Positions 9,643-18,829 of a stretch of 55,227 nucleotides of DNA are shown piece by piece. A program made the position numbers and the translations under genes. A model generated the notes under the pieces. It was given only the letters and a program-made list of their open reading frames with translations, was not told the origin of the DNA and did not search any database. Origin of the DNA: an uncultured Rikenella sp. (lineage in GTDB: Bacteria > Bacteroidota > Bacteroidia > Bacteroidales > VadinHA17); assembly GCA_964579645.1 (NCBI GenBank), contig CAZOHL010000005.1, positions 1 through 55,227 on the forward strand, read 5' to 3'. Within the stretch, counting starts at the first letter, position 1. Each line of letters starts with the position of its first letter.

Positions 9643-11097
9643 TCAATAACCGCTGTTCTGATCTCCTTTCATCGCATCATTGGCATCTATCGCGACCTGC
9701 GGAATCGGATAGACTGTAGCCTGATTGGGGCCGATAGTGATACCCAATCCGGGGTACGCTGCCTGGACCTGATCATTGAGTTTCCCAAAACGAATTAGGT
9801 CAAAGCGGCGATGACGTTCACAGCAAAGCTCATGTAGCCTTTCTTTCAGCAACACATCGGAGAAGGCGCTGACAGAAAGCCCGTCATTTGCAGTAATATC
9901 TGCCAATCCGGCCCTGCTGCGGACTTCATTCAGATAGTCATACTTTTTACCTGAAGCATCGTTAAGATTGTTCAGGGCTTCGGAAGCCATAAGGAGAACA
10001 TCAGCATACCGGATATATATATAATTCAAATCATCGTCTTCAATCTGATTTCCATAATTTGCATCATAATACTTCTTTATAGCCGGAGGATTCTGAACTA
10101 TCCCCTTGTATTCTGTCCAGAAGAATTCAGTTTTGCGTTTGTCATTATTCTCATATGAATCGTAAAGATACCGGGTAGCTCCAAAGCCGCCCCAGCCGAA
10201 TCCGCCTGCGGTCGGGCCGCCACCGCCCCGCGGACCCCAATATGAAGATTGCAGGCTGCCCTCAAGACCCCAGTGGCCAGAATGGCTCCATTGAACTTCA
10301 AAAATGTTTTCATAGTATTCATTTTTGTGCTCGGGAGAGAAAATATCGGCATAGTTGCTATAGAGATGGAATTTGCCGATTACCTTGTTTAATGCATTTA
10401 TCGCCTCTGATGATTTACCCCACTGCAGGTAAATTCTTCCTAACAGGGCATTGGCTGCATAGCTTGTTGCCCGACCCTTATCCTCATTTGCAGTCCATGT
10501 TTCAGGCAGATTATCAGCTGCAAATTGCATGTCACCTGTAATCAGGTCATACACTTCATCAACAGACTCACTGCGCGGTTTTGAGATTTCATTTTTATCG
10601 ATTGAGGATGATGTCCATAATGGTACTCTGCCATACATGCGGACCAGTTCAAAATAGAATGTACCACGCAAGAATCTGGCCTGGGCAATCAATGAGGTTC
10701 TTTCTTCACTTGTAACCGAAGCATCTTCAGGCATATCTAAGATTATATTGGCACACTTTATCCCTTCATAACAAAACACATAATGGTTATAAAGAAATGG
10801 ATGCTCTGCCGTATAAGTATAATACATAAGTTCAACATAGGCTGCCCAACTCAGGTCAAACGGCTGTGCCTCATCAGTGCCAAACTCACCCAATACAATC
10901 GGGAACTTTTCTCCTGTCACCTCCTGCAGTTTTGCATAGGCTGCAATGAGTGCTGCATCCCAATCATCTGCTGACTGGAATGAGTTTTCCGGCGTTATGG
11001 AGCTTTTAGCATTCTCCTGAAGAAAGTCTTCACATGATGTCACTATGAAAACCAGGGCCATGCTAATTATGACATATATTAATTTTTTCATAATCAT
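9643..11097 (-). CDS. SusD/RagB-family nutrient-binding outer-membrane lipoprotein
   Basis: 484 aa, lipobox VTSCEDFLQE immediately after the signal peptide, directly downstream of SusC. Start may be the MKKL ATG at 11091. Confidence 0.9.
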   Translation of the reverse strand: MIMKKLIYVIISMALVFIVTSCEDFLQENAKSSITPENSFQSADDWDAALIAAYAKLQEVTGEKFPIVLGEFGTDEAQPFDLSWAAYVELMYYTYTAEHPFLYNHYVFCYEGIKCANIILDMPEDASVTSEERTSLIAQARFLRGTFYFELVRMYGRVPLWTSSSIDKNEISKPRSESVDEVYDLITGDMQFAADNLPETWTANEDKGRATSYAANALLGRIYLQWGKSSEAINALNKVIGKFHLYSNYADIFSPEHKNEYYENIFEVQWSHSGHWGLEGSLQSSYWGPRGGGGPTAGGFGWGGFGATRYLYDSYENNDKRKTEFFWTEYKGIVQNPPAIKKYYDANYGNQIEDDDLNYIYIRYADVLLMASEALNNLNDASGKKYDYLNEVRSRAGLADITANDGLSVSAFSDVLLKERLHELCCERHRRFDLIRFGKLNDQVQAAYPGLGITIGPNQATVYPIPQVAIDANDAMKGDQNSGY

Positions 11098-11121
11098 ATT
11101 TTTAGCTGTTTGAAATCACAT

Positions 11122-14055
11122 TCAAAAGTTAACTGAAATTCCTCCAAGGGTTGCCCTTGATCCGGGGTAAGCATTGGATTGCTGAGAAGCCTCAACATCG
11201 TAACCAGTATACCTGGTAAAGGTGTACAGATTCTGAACTGAGATAAAGCCACGGATACTGGATGCTTTAAGACTGTTTGACCATCTCTGCGGAAGCGTAT
11301 ACCCTAATTCAATATTCTTAATCCTTATGTATGCTCCATTCTCAAGGTTGGCATCAGTCCCATCACCATTTGAATAGGAACTTCCAATTCTCGGAGCCGG
11401 GTATTTATTGGTTGGACGGTCCTCCATCCAGTAATTATTATAATAATCAACACTCGCATTACCCCAGGTATTGTATGAATTAAGGAAGCGGAGCAGGGAG
11501 TTGTTTATGTAATAACCACCGGCATAATTAATGAAAACGATAAGGTCAATATTTTTGTATTTAAAGGTATTCGTCAAACCACCAAAATAGGCAGGAGTAC
11601 TTCTTCCACAGAATTCTCTGTCATCACTGTTGATCTGATTATCCTCTTTGAGATCCGATATTTTCCTGTCACCAGGTTCTGCATTGTATACAGAGGCTTC
11701 GGAAGCTTCACTAACCTGCCAGATACCATCGGCTTTCAACAGATAGAATTCTCCCAATGAATGTCCTACAAAAATGCTTTTATTAATATCGGTCTTACCG
11801 TCATAAAGCTCGACTACATTGTTTTTATTATGTGTGATGTTAAATGAGGTAATCCATTGAAAATTATTGGAATTGACATTTACTGAGTTGATTGTAAATT
11901 CAATGCCCCTGTTATCAAGAACCCCCACATTGGTAAGAGATGACTGATAGCCGGATTCAAGAGGCAATGTCACCGACCAGAGTAAATCCGTTGAACGTTT
12001 GAAGTAATATTCAACAGTACCTGCAATCCGATTCCCGAAGAACCCGTAATCAAGTGCCACATCAAGCTGTTTGGATTTCTCCCAGGTCAGGTTTGGATTG
12101 CTGATGGAGGTGTAGGTTGCTCCGGTATAAAGGTTACCATCAAATACATAGTTGTTATTCTCACCTCCTCTTGAAACCAACGCTGAGTAAAGATATTCAC
12201 CTATGTTCTGGTTACCTAGCATCCCAAGGCTGACCCTCAACTTAAGGTTGTTAATCTTTCTGAGATCAGACATGAAATCCTCCTCCGAAATCCTCCAGGC
12301 AGCGGCTAAAGAAGGGAAATATCCCCACCTGTGATTGGGTGCAAATTTTGAAGAACCATCGGCCCTCATTGTAAACGTCAAAAGGTAACGTTCTCCATAG
12401 TTATAATTTGCACGGGCATAGAATGACGCAAGAGTAGAAGCTGTGGCATGAGATGCGTCCGGGCCGAAATCACTTCCTCCTCCGAGATTGTAGTATCTTG
12501 TTATCGGATCAACACCTTTTGCCTGGGCGAAAGAATACTGATAATCATTTTTCGAAGCTGAGAACCCACCCATTACATTTATTCTATGTTCATTGAATTT
12601 ATTGTCATAGGTTATGGTATTCTCAGTCTGCCAGTAACGGTTCTTTGCGTTTGATATTTTTGCCACTCCCTCCTGGGAATAGTGTTGTCCCATACGAGGA
12701 TCCTCATACTCATCCGTCAGTGAGTATACCAACTGGCCGGAATTATTCGATTTGATTTTCAAGTGTTTGACAGGTTCAAATTCCAGGAAAAATGAACCAT
12801 TGAAATTAGACCTCTGTGTAGTGCGATCCAACAGGTCAACTATAGCCACAGGGTTTGCCTTTGTATTAAGGAATCCGTCAAAATAATCCCCATCCGTATC
12901 ATAAATCGGTGCTGTGGGTTGGGAAGATACAGCACTGTACATTGTTCCATAGAGCTCATCTGACTCCTCGTTTATATTCTTAATCTTGGATTCCATAAAG
13001 TTGAACCTGACTCCAAGAGTTATCCAATCATTGAGTTTGCTGTCATTATTATAACGCGCTGTCAGCCTGTTGTACCACGAGTTCTTCACAACACCTTCAT
13101 GGTCATAATAATCAATCCCAAGGAAATGGGTTGACTTCTCGCTTCCACCTGAAAAGGATGCGTTATAATTCTGGAAATTGCCCGGCTGGGTAACTGCGTT
13201 TTGCCAGTCTGTCGTTTCTCCACGCGATAATTGCTGTAATTCAGCTGTGGTCCATGTATAGCTTTGCCCGGACAAATTAACAAGATCATAATATTGTTGT
13301 GAATTCATCAGGTCCATCTTATTCATCATACTGATAAGGCCTCCCTGGGCATTAAATGACACCCTTGTTTTTCCAAGGGAGCCGCTTTTTGTGGTAATAA
13401 GGATAACTCCATTGGAACCTCTGTTGCCATAAATAGAGGCCGAAGAAGCATCTTTCAGGATTTCAATTGATTCGATGTCACCTGCAGCAATATCACCCAA
13501 GGAAGCAGGAATTCCGTCAACTATTACAAGTGGAGCATTGCCAGCATTTACCGATCCTCTTCCCCGTATTACAATTGAGGCATCAGCACCAGGTTTTGAA
13601 CTGGGTTGAGTAACCTGTACCCCTGCAGCCATCCCCTGAAGTGCATTGCCGACCAGTCCGACTTTTGTATTCTTAAGGTCATCAGACTTTACAGAGGCTA
13701 TTGAACCGGTCAGATCACTCTTCCTTGTGGTACCATAACCAACCACGACTACAGCGTCAAGTTCATAGTCATCCGGAATCATCTTTATATCAAGTGTGCT
13801 TTGACCATTATATTGTAACTCCCTGGAGATCATTCCTATGAATGAATAGACCAATACATCCTTATCAGCCACAGATATTGAATATCTGCCATTCGCATCT
13901 GAAGCAACGCCATTCTGGGTTCCTTTTACAATAATTGTAACCCCAGGCAGAGGATTGGATTCAAAATCAGTTATTGTACCGGAAACTTTATTCTGGGCAA
14001 GGCTGACAGATAAGCTTCCTATAAATAACAAAAGTGTTAAAATATATCTTTTCAT
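11122..14055 (-). CDS. SusC-type TonB-dependent outer-membrane transporter
   Basis: 977 aa. Carboxypeptidase-regulatory-like N-terminus (VSGTITD..PLPGVTIIVKGT..G..SD.NGRYSI), plug region, and C-terminal ...GGISVNF. Confidence 0.9.
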   Translation of the reverse strand: MKRYILTLLLFIGSLSVSLAQNKVSGTITDFESNPLPGVTIIVKGTQNGVASDANGRYSISVADKDVLVYSFIGMISRELQYNGQSTLDIKMIPDDYELDAVVVVGYGTTRKSDLTGSIASVKSDDLKNTKVGLVGNALQGMAAGVQVTQPSSKPGADASIVIRGRGSVNAGNAPLVIVDGIPASLGDIAAGDIESIEILKDASSASIYGNRGSNGVILITTKSGSLGKTRVSFNAQGGLISMMNKMDLMNSQQYYDLVNLSGQSYTWTTAELQQLSRGETTDWQNAVTQPGNFQNYNASFSGGSEKSTHFLGIDYYDHEGVVKNSWYNRLTARYNNDSKLNDWITLGVRFNFMESKIKNINEESDELYGTMYSAVSSQPTAPIYDTDGDYFDGFLNTKANPVAIVDLLDRTTQRSNFNGSFFLEFEPVKHLKIKSNNSGQLVYSLTDEYEDPRMGQHYSQEGVAKISNAKNRYWQTENTITYDNKFNEHRINVMGGFSASKNDYQYSFAQAKGVDPITRYYNLGGGSDFGPDASHATASTLASFYARANYNYGERYLLTFTMRADGSSKFAPNHRWGYFPSLAAAWRISEEDFMSDLRKINNLKLRVSLGMLGNQNIGEYLYSALVSRGGENNNYVFDGNLYTGATYTSISNPNLTWEKSKQLDVALDYGFFGNRIAGTVEYYFKRSTDLLWSVTLPLESGYQSSLTNVGVLDNRGIEFTINSVNVNSNNFQWITSFNITHNKNNVVELYDGKTDINKSIFVGHSLGEFYLLKADGIWQVSEASEASVYNAEPGDRKISDLKEDNQINSDDREFCGRSTPAYFGGLTNTFKYKNIDLIVFINYAGGYYINNSLLRFLNSYNTWGNASVDYYNNYWMEDRPTNKYPAPRIGSSYSNGDGTDANLENGAYIRIKNIELGYTLPQRWSNSLKASSIRGFISVQNLYTFTRYTGYDVEASQQSNAYPGSRATLGGISVNF

Positions 14056-14087
14056 AACTATATTATATTGAAGTTTAACAAATTAGA

Positions 14088-15251
14088 CTAAAACCGGCGG
14101 ATTGGCCTTGCTGCTATTACCCAAACATCGCAGGGGGCTGCGCCAGTCACCAAATTTGTGGACTCCCAGAAATTCACGTAATAGTAAGCCCATGCCCAGT
14201 TTGAACCAGGAAAGACAGAAGAAGTCCAATAATTTTCTGCGGATACAAATGCATAGGGACCTGGTAAAGAAGACCTGTAAAGGAACAACTCTTTCATCTC
14301 ATCAAATGAGCCTAGGAACCAGTCATCATATACTATTCCGCCAACCTCAATGCTATAGTTATCACAAAGTTCTGCCGTGGTCGGAGGGGTTGAATTTCCA
14401 GCACCACGCCATGCGGCAATACCCTTGACAAGAATGTTTGTATTCTCCTTACCGGCATAGATTGCTTCAGAGGTACCGGTAGCATATGGTACCACCTGTA
14501 TGCTGGGGCCAAAGGTCTGTGTATTTCCGGCATTTGCAGGCGCCACTATCAGACCATGAGCCCCTCCGTCAGAAACGTAGAATACAACACCGCCCCCAGC
14601 CTGACTGCCAAGCGTAAGCGGAACTATCATATTTCCAACAGAGCATGTCTTTCTGCCCCGGATAACAGTAAGGTTGTTTATTCCATAACAACCACCGGGT
14701 ACTGTAACAGTAATTCCGGTTGCGGATAAAATGGCATTTGCATTGAAAACAACCCCCGTGGGATAGTAGCCGGATCCAAATCTTACTATGTCTCCTGTCT
14801 CGAATCCTTCACCTGCGATAGTTATTTCTTCCCCTGGTGATGCAGACGGAGGTACAACAACGTTACCCAGGGTAAATACAAATGCGACAAATAGATGCTG
14901 GTTGATCACAGTTGTTAAACCTGACCGTGTAACAGATACTTCATATTCACCTCCTGCATTTGCAGGGATTTCAATTTTAATCCCAAAGTTATCAGCCGAA
15001 ACAACAGAAGCTGTAAAATCTGCTTCACCTTCAAGTGATCTGCATGCCACAATGTCTTCACCAGAAAAACCTGCGCCCTCTATAAAAACGATGTTACCAG
15101 GGATAGTTTCATCCTGCAAGGGCATTTTAATATATTTCAGAATTGGAGCCTTAACCTCTCCTGTAACAATTGTAGCTTCGTATTCCTTACAACCTGATAA
15201 GGCCAGCAGGAATATAAACGAAGCAAACAAGCATTTAAGAAAATGTTTCAT
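14088..15251 (-). CDS. Surface lipoprotein: IPT/TIG-like repeats plus a C-terminal DUF1566-like module; first gene of the PUL operon
   Basis: Lipobox LSGC. Repeated Ig-like segments (GNIVFIEGAGF, GEEITIAGEGF). C-terminal GGVVFYV...DDWFLGSFDEMKEL...ARPIRRF. Domain names are from memory. Confidence 0.5.
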   Translation of the reverse strand: MKHFLKCLFASFIFLLALSGCKEYEATIVTGEVKAPILKYIKMPLQDETIPGNIVFIEGAGFSGEDIVACRSLEGEADFTASVVSADNFGIKIEIPANAGGEYEVSVTRSGLTTVINQHLFVAFVFTLGNVVVPPSASPGEEITIAGEGFETGDIVRFGSGYYPTGVVFNANAILSATGITVTVPGGCYGINNLTVIRGRKTCSVGNMIVPLTLGSQAGGGVVFYVSDGGAHGLIVAPANAGNTQTFGPSIQVVPYATGTSEAIYAGKENTNILVKGIAAWRGAGNSTPPTTAELCDNYSIEVGGIVYDDWFLGSFDEMKELFLYRSSLPGPYAFVSAENYWTSSVFPGSNWAWAYYYVNFWESTNLVTGAAPCDVWVIAARPIRRF

Positions 15252-15335
15252 AGGTTTCGTTTTAATGGTTCATAATCCGGGTTATATACTTTTTTTTGAA
15301 TTTCATGTACCAATTTTTTCTACTTTCATTCCCTA

Positions 15336-15343
15336 CAAACGTA
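15336..15343 (-). promoter_or_regulatory. Candidate Bacteroidota -7 box (TAcgTTTG on the minus strand) for the PUL operon
   Basis: Plus-strand caaacgta is minus-strand TACGTTTG, about 85 nt upstream of the 15251 start, with the LacI-type palindrome just upstream. Confidence 0.4.
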
Positions 15344-15358
15344 AACAAAAAATAATCT

Positions 15359-15376
15359 TGTACAAACGTTTGTTCA
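15359..15376. promoter_or_regulatory. LacI-family operator candidate O1 (tgtacaaacgtttgtTca)
   Basis: One mismatch from the perfect 18-bp palindrome TGTACAAACGTTTGTACA. Core acaaacgtttgt is a perfect palindrome. Confidence 0.65.
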
Positions 15377-15478
15377 TTTTTTTTTACGTTGAACACAATT
15401 TAGTTCTTCGCTAACCATTTTTTAAGGTTTCACAGGCAAAACGTTTTAATAACTGCTAAAATATTGAATTGTACTCCT

Positions 15479-15486
15479 TATATTTG
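15479..15486 (+). promoter_or_regulatory. Candidate -7 box (TAtaTTTG) for the LacI-family regulator gene
   Basis: tatatttg lies 30 nt upstream of the ATG at 15516 and overlaps operator O2. Confidence 0.5.
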
Positions 15487-15502
15487 TACAAACGTTTATA
15501 CA
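15485..15502. promoter_or_regulatory. LacI-family operator candidate O2 (tgtacaaacgtttAtaca)
   Basis: Second copy of the same 18-bp palindrome with one mismatch. Weaker AAACGTTT-core sites at 15438-15447 and a half-site at 15334-15347. Confidence 0.65.
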
Positions 15503-15515
15503 GAAATTAAATCTG

Positions 15516-16529
15516 ATGCAGAAAGCTAACATCACAGACATTGCTGAGATGGCAGGCCTCTCAATCACAACCGTATCAAGGGTTCTGAACGGCAAGGCCG
15601 AGCAATACAGAATTGGAAAAAAATCTCAGCAAAAAGTAAGGGAGGCGGCAAAAAAACTTAACTATGTACCAAACCACTTTGCTTCAAATCTGAGAACAGG
15701 GAAAAGCGGAACCATCGCATTAATAATCCCTTCGCTGAACAACCCATTCTTTGCCGGAATTGCAAGTGAAATAAATACTGCCGTCAGAAAATTCAACTAT
15801 ATCACTATTATCAGTGACAGTGATGAGAATGTAGATACCGAAAAAATGGAACTCCTTCAGCTTGCAGCCAGAAATATTGAAGGACTTATAATTGTTCCGT
15901 GCGGTGATCAATGGGAACATATGAAAGAGATTCAGGACCAGGGAATCCCGGTAATTTGTATTGACCGGTATTTTGAAGATATAGATATACCTTTCATTTC
16001 CACTGATAATTATGAAGGAGCATTTAATGCAACCAAATACCTGCTTGAAAGAGGTCATTCAAGAATAACCTGCATTCAGGGAGTCCAGGGTTCTACCCCA
16101 AACAGGCTAAGGGTTAAAGGATTTATGGATGCAATGAAGGAGGCGGGACAAGGAAATTACCTTATTACCGGAGATGATTTCACTTTTCAGAATGGTTACC
16201 TCGAGACTAAAATTCTTCTTCAACTTAAAGAACGTCCAACTGCAATATTCGCACTAAGTAACACTATTGCCATGGGCTGCATGAAAGCTCTTAAAGAAAA
16301 GAACTTACAGATACCCAAAGACATTTCATTGATAACATTCGATGACCATCCATATCTGGATTATTTGTCTACTCCACTAACCTGTGTAGAACAACCCGTT
16401 AAGGATATCAGTATAATGGCGGTAAAATTTCTTTTGTCATTAATTCAGGGAAAAAATATCGCCCAGAGCCAGGTTCTGCTTAAACCAAATTTGATTGTTA
16501 GAGATTCCGTTGGCCTACCTGGCACGTGA
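15516..16529 (+). CDS. LacI/GalR-family transcriptional regulator (RusR-like position)
   Basis: N-terminal HTH ITDIAEMAGLSITTVSRVLNG, followed by a periplasmic-binding-protein-like sugar-binding domain. Confidence 0.9.
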   Translation: MQKANITDIAEMAGLSITTVSRVLNGKAEQYRIGKKSQQKVREAAKKLNYVPNHFASNLRTGKSGTIALIIPSLNNPFFAGIASEINTAVRKFNYITIISDSDENVDTEKMELLQLAARNIEGLIIVPCGDQWEHMKEIQDQGIPVICIDRYFEDIDIPFISTDNYEGAFNATKYLLERGHSRITCIQGVQGSTPNRLRVKGFMDAMKEAGQGNYLITGDDFTFQNGYLETKILLQLKERPTAIFALSNTIAMGCMKALKEKNLQIPKDISLITFDDHPYLDYLSTPLTCVEQPVKDISIMAVKFLLSLIQGKNIAQSQVLLKPNLIVRDSVGLPGT

Positions 16530-16617
16530 TCATAGAAGCCCTTGGTTGTCAACCAAAAGTTGCTCTCCGGTTTTTCAATCACAGCCTGTGACGTTGCAAA
16601 ATCAGGGGGTCTCAAAG

Positions 16618-16645
16618 AGCCGCACAACAATGCGGCTTTTTTTTT
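16618..16645 (+). terminator. Bidirectional rho-independent terminator between the convergent lacI-family gene and yitT-like gene
   Basis: Same hairpin agccgca-caacaa-tgcggct as at 59-78, followed by T9. Flanked by the palindrome cagggcgccctg (16652-16663). Confidence 0.7.
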
Positions 16646-16669
16646 GCACCCGCAGGGCGCCCTGAGACC

Positions 16670-17548
16670 TTACCTCTTCAGCTCCTCGAACCCTTTCCCG
16701 TACACGCCCATGACATTTGCCACCGTGATGAACGCCTTGTCATCAATGCTCCTGATGATACGGTAAAGGTCACTTGCCTCATTCTTCCTCACAAGAGTGA
16801 TTATTACCTTCTGGTTCTCCTTGCTGTACCACCCCGTGCCGTCAATGACAGTCACACCGCGGTGAAGCCTGCCGGTAATTTGATCTGCTATCAGGTCAAA
16901 CTGCCTTGAAAAGATAAACACCTGCACCGACTGCCTGTTACCGGAAAGGATCGTGTCAAGGGTATATGCCTGCACAGCCATAGTCACAAAACCGTAAACC
17001 ATCGTTTCAACCCTCTGCACCGGCTCCATGTCAGTAAGTATCAGGTAAGATGAACCTATTATGACCACATCACAGTAAAGGATAACCCTTCCCAGGCTTA
17101 TATTCCGGTATTTGGTCACTACCATTGCAATAATATCCGTTCCTCCGGTACTGCCTCCCTGGGTAAAGATTATGGCCAGCCCCACCCCGCACAGGCCTCC
17201 GCCAATCAGGGCTGACATAAACTTCTCCTGAACCACCGGGCCGGGAATAAGGGGCTGCAGCACTGACAGCATCGCTGCGCCCAGGAGAATGCCATATATG
17301 GTTTTGATGCCGAAGCCTGCTCCAAGTATCTTCAGTCCTATTAAAATCAGTACAACGTTTATGGCGAAGTACGTGTAACCCATCGGTATGCCGGTAGCAT
17401 AAAAGATTATTGCAGCAAGGCCGGATACACCGCTTCCGGAGATCTGGTGAGGCAGCAGGAAAGCGGTCCATGCAATCGAAAATATCAGCAGGCCAAAAGC
17501 CATAAGAACATAAGTCCTTACATTGTCAACAATTGTACGCATTACCAT
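16670..17548 (-). CDS. YitT-family membrane protein (with DUF2179-type C-terminal domain)
   Basis: 292 aa, several TM segments. GSGVSGLAAIIFYATGIPMGYTYFAINVVLILIG and C-terminal ...ITVANVMGVYGKGF. Confidence 0.75.
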   Translation of the reverse strand: MVMRTIVDNVRTYVLMAFGLLIFSIAWTAFLLPHQISGSGVSGLAAIIFYATGIPMGYTYFAINVVLILIGLKILGAGFGIKTIYGILLGAAMLSVLQPLIPGPVVQEKFMSALIGGGLCGVGLAIIFTQGGSTGGTDIIAMVVTKYRNISLGRVILYCDVVIIGSSYLILTDMEPVQRVETMVYGFVTMAVQAYTLDTILSGNRQSVQVFIFSRQFDLIADQITGRLHRGVTVIDGTGWYSKENQKVIITLVRKNEASDLYRIIRSIDDKAFITVANVMGVYGKGFEELKR

Positions 17549-17756
17549 CTGAAGAGCATATTAGACTCCTCAAAGGTACACTGCGCACAAGTCACAACCA
17601 AAAGCAACAAAAATCCCGAAATGTTCACTTGTTTTTGGGACAGCACCAACACAGCATAGAAATGGATACAAAATCACCTCCCCTAAAAACTGCTTTTACA
17701 CTTCCAGACAGGGAGCGGGCAGTTTGCAAAAGCCTCCTGAGACAACCGGACGACGG

Positions 17757-18611
17757 TTATTGAATTGTTATTACCTGATTAATTTTAATCCCTCCAAGCC
17801 ATACCCTTGCCCCGTCCTGGAAGAGCTCGTCGCGCGACACCTGGAAAGAAAGCCCGGGATATCCAAATGAGGCTCTGTACTCACCAGGCTGCAAGGGTGT
17901 TTGGATTGTATATGAAAAAGTGAATACCTTCGATTCCCCCGACCCGAGCAGGGTTAACCAGTCCATGCTCCAGCTGTTCCATGGGTCAGGGGCCGAATGC
18001 TGAATATTGTCTGCAAAAACCTCATTATTGCTGTCAGGGCCATACAAATAAAGTCCGTTTGTATAAAACCTGAACAGACCCGGACCGGTTTTCTCCGGAT
18101 CAAGTATGAGCAGGTCAGTCTCATCCATGTTTGTAAGTGTAAAGCTGAAGATCAGCTCGGGTCCTGCGACGGAAGCCGATACTGCAGATACTGCCAGCCC
18201 GGAATGCAAAAGATTGTGGCGCTCAAGAAGGTTTGTCAGCCTGCTGTTGTTAAGTGTCGAGTTCTGGTCATCAAACCATGATTCTATTTTCAGTGCATAC
18301 CGCTGAAGTGACATTGGAAAAGTCATGATAACAGGCCCCGAAGGACTTGAACTGAGATAACCGGGCCAGAATTCACCCGAGAAGACAGGCTCTCCCCTGT
18401 CATAAAAGGCAAAAGTTCCCCTTTCAATATTATCAAGCTCACTGTGGTTTCGCGTCAAATAAAGGATGTGTGCCGAGGTATCGTAAAGGCTGATGTCATC
18501 AGCCGTAAACTCAATTTTTTCGTTTATAACGAAAATGGCATCCCTTCCAACTTTTTCACATGAGGTCAGGATGGCAAAAGCCATCATACAGGAAATAATG
18601 CAGTTCTTCAT
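17757..18611 (-). CDS. Hypothetical lipoprotein
   Basis: Best start is MKNCIISCMMAFAILTSC (ATG at 18611), a lipobox signal. The ORF-track start at 18752 gives an implausible N-terminus. No recognisable domain. Confidence 0.45.
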   Translation of the reverse strand: MKNCIISCMMAFAILTSCEKVGRDAIFVINEKIEFTADDISLYDTSAHILYLTRNHSELDNIERGTFAFYDRGEPVFSGEFWPGYLSSSPSGPVIMTFPMSLQRYALKIESWFDDQNSTLNNSRLTNLLERHNLLHSGLAVSAVSASVAGPELIFSFTLTNMDETDLLILDPEKTGPGLFRFYTNGLYLYGPDSNNEVFADNIQHSAPDPWNSWSMDWLTLLGSGESKVFTFSYTIQTPLQPGEYRASFGYPGLSFQVSRDELFQDGARVWLGGIKINQVITIQ

Positions 18612-18829
18612 GGCCAGGCTGGGTTTGATTAGATGGTAAATTTCGCACAAATACCATGCCAGCAGGTCAGTTCTGGCCATGAAGATGATCAATCTGCTTC
18701 GGGGGGAATCCATCAGTTTCATGGCACAATCAGGGTCAAAAAAATTATTCAATTTAACTTCAAATTAACTTATGCTGAAATACCTTTGACTGGTAAACAG
18801 CCGGATTTGTTCCGCAAACAAGCACAATT

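Noticed and set aside
14788-15414. 208-aa plus-strand ORF
   Set aside because: It is antisense to the IPT lipoprotein gene and runs into the operator/promoter region. Its composition is low-complexity Ser/Thr/Pro, typical of an antisense frame.
84-16617. Integrative/mobile element call for the tRNA-adjacent PUL
   Set aside because: No integrase, transposase, excisionase or conjugation gene is present, and the repeat is a terminator hairpin rather than a duplicated tRNA 3' end. I kept it as a hypothesis in the findings and did not annotate it as a mobile element.
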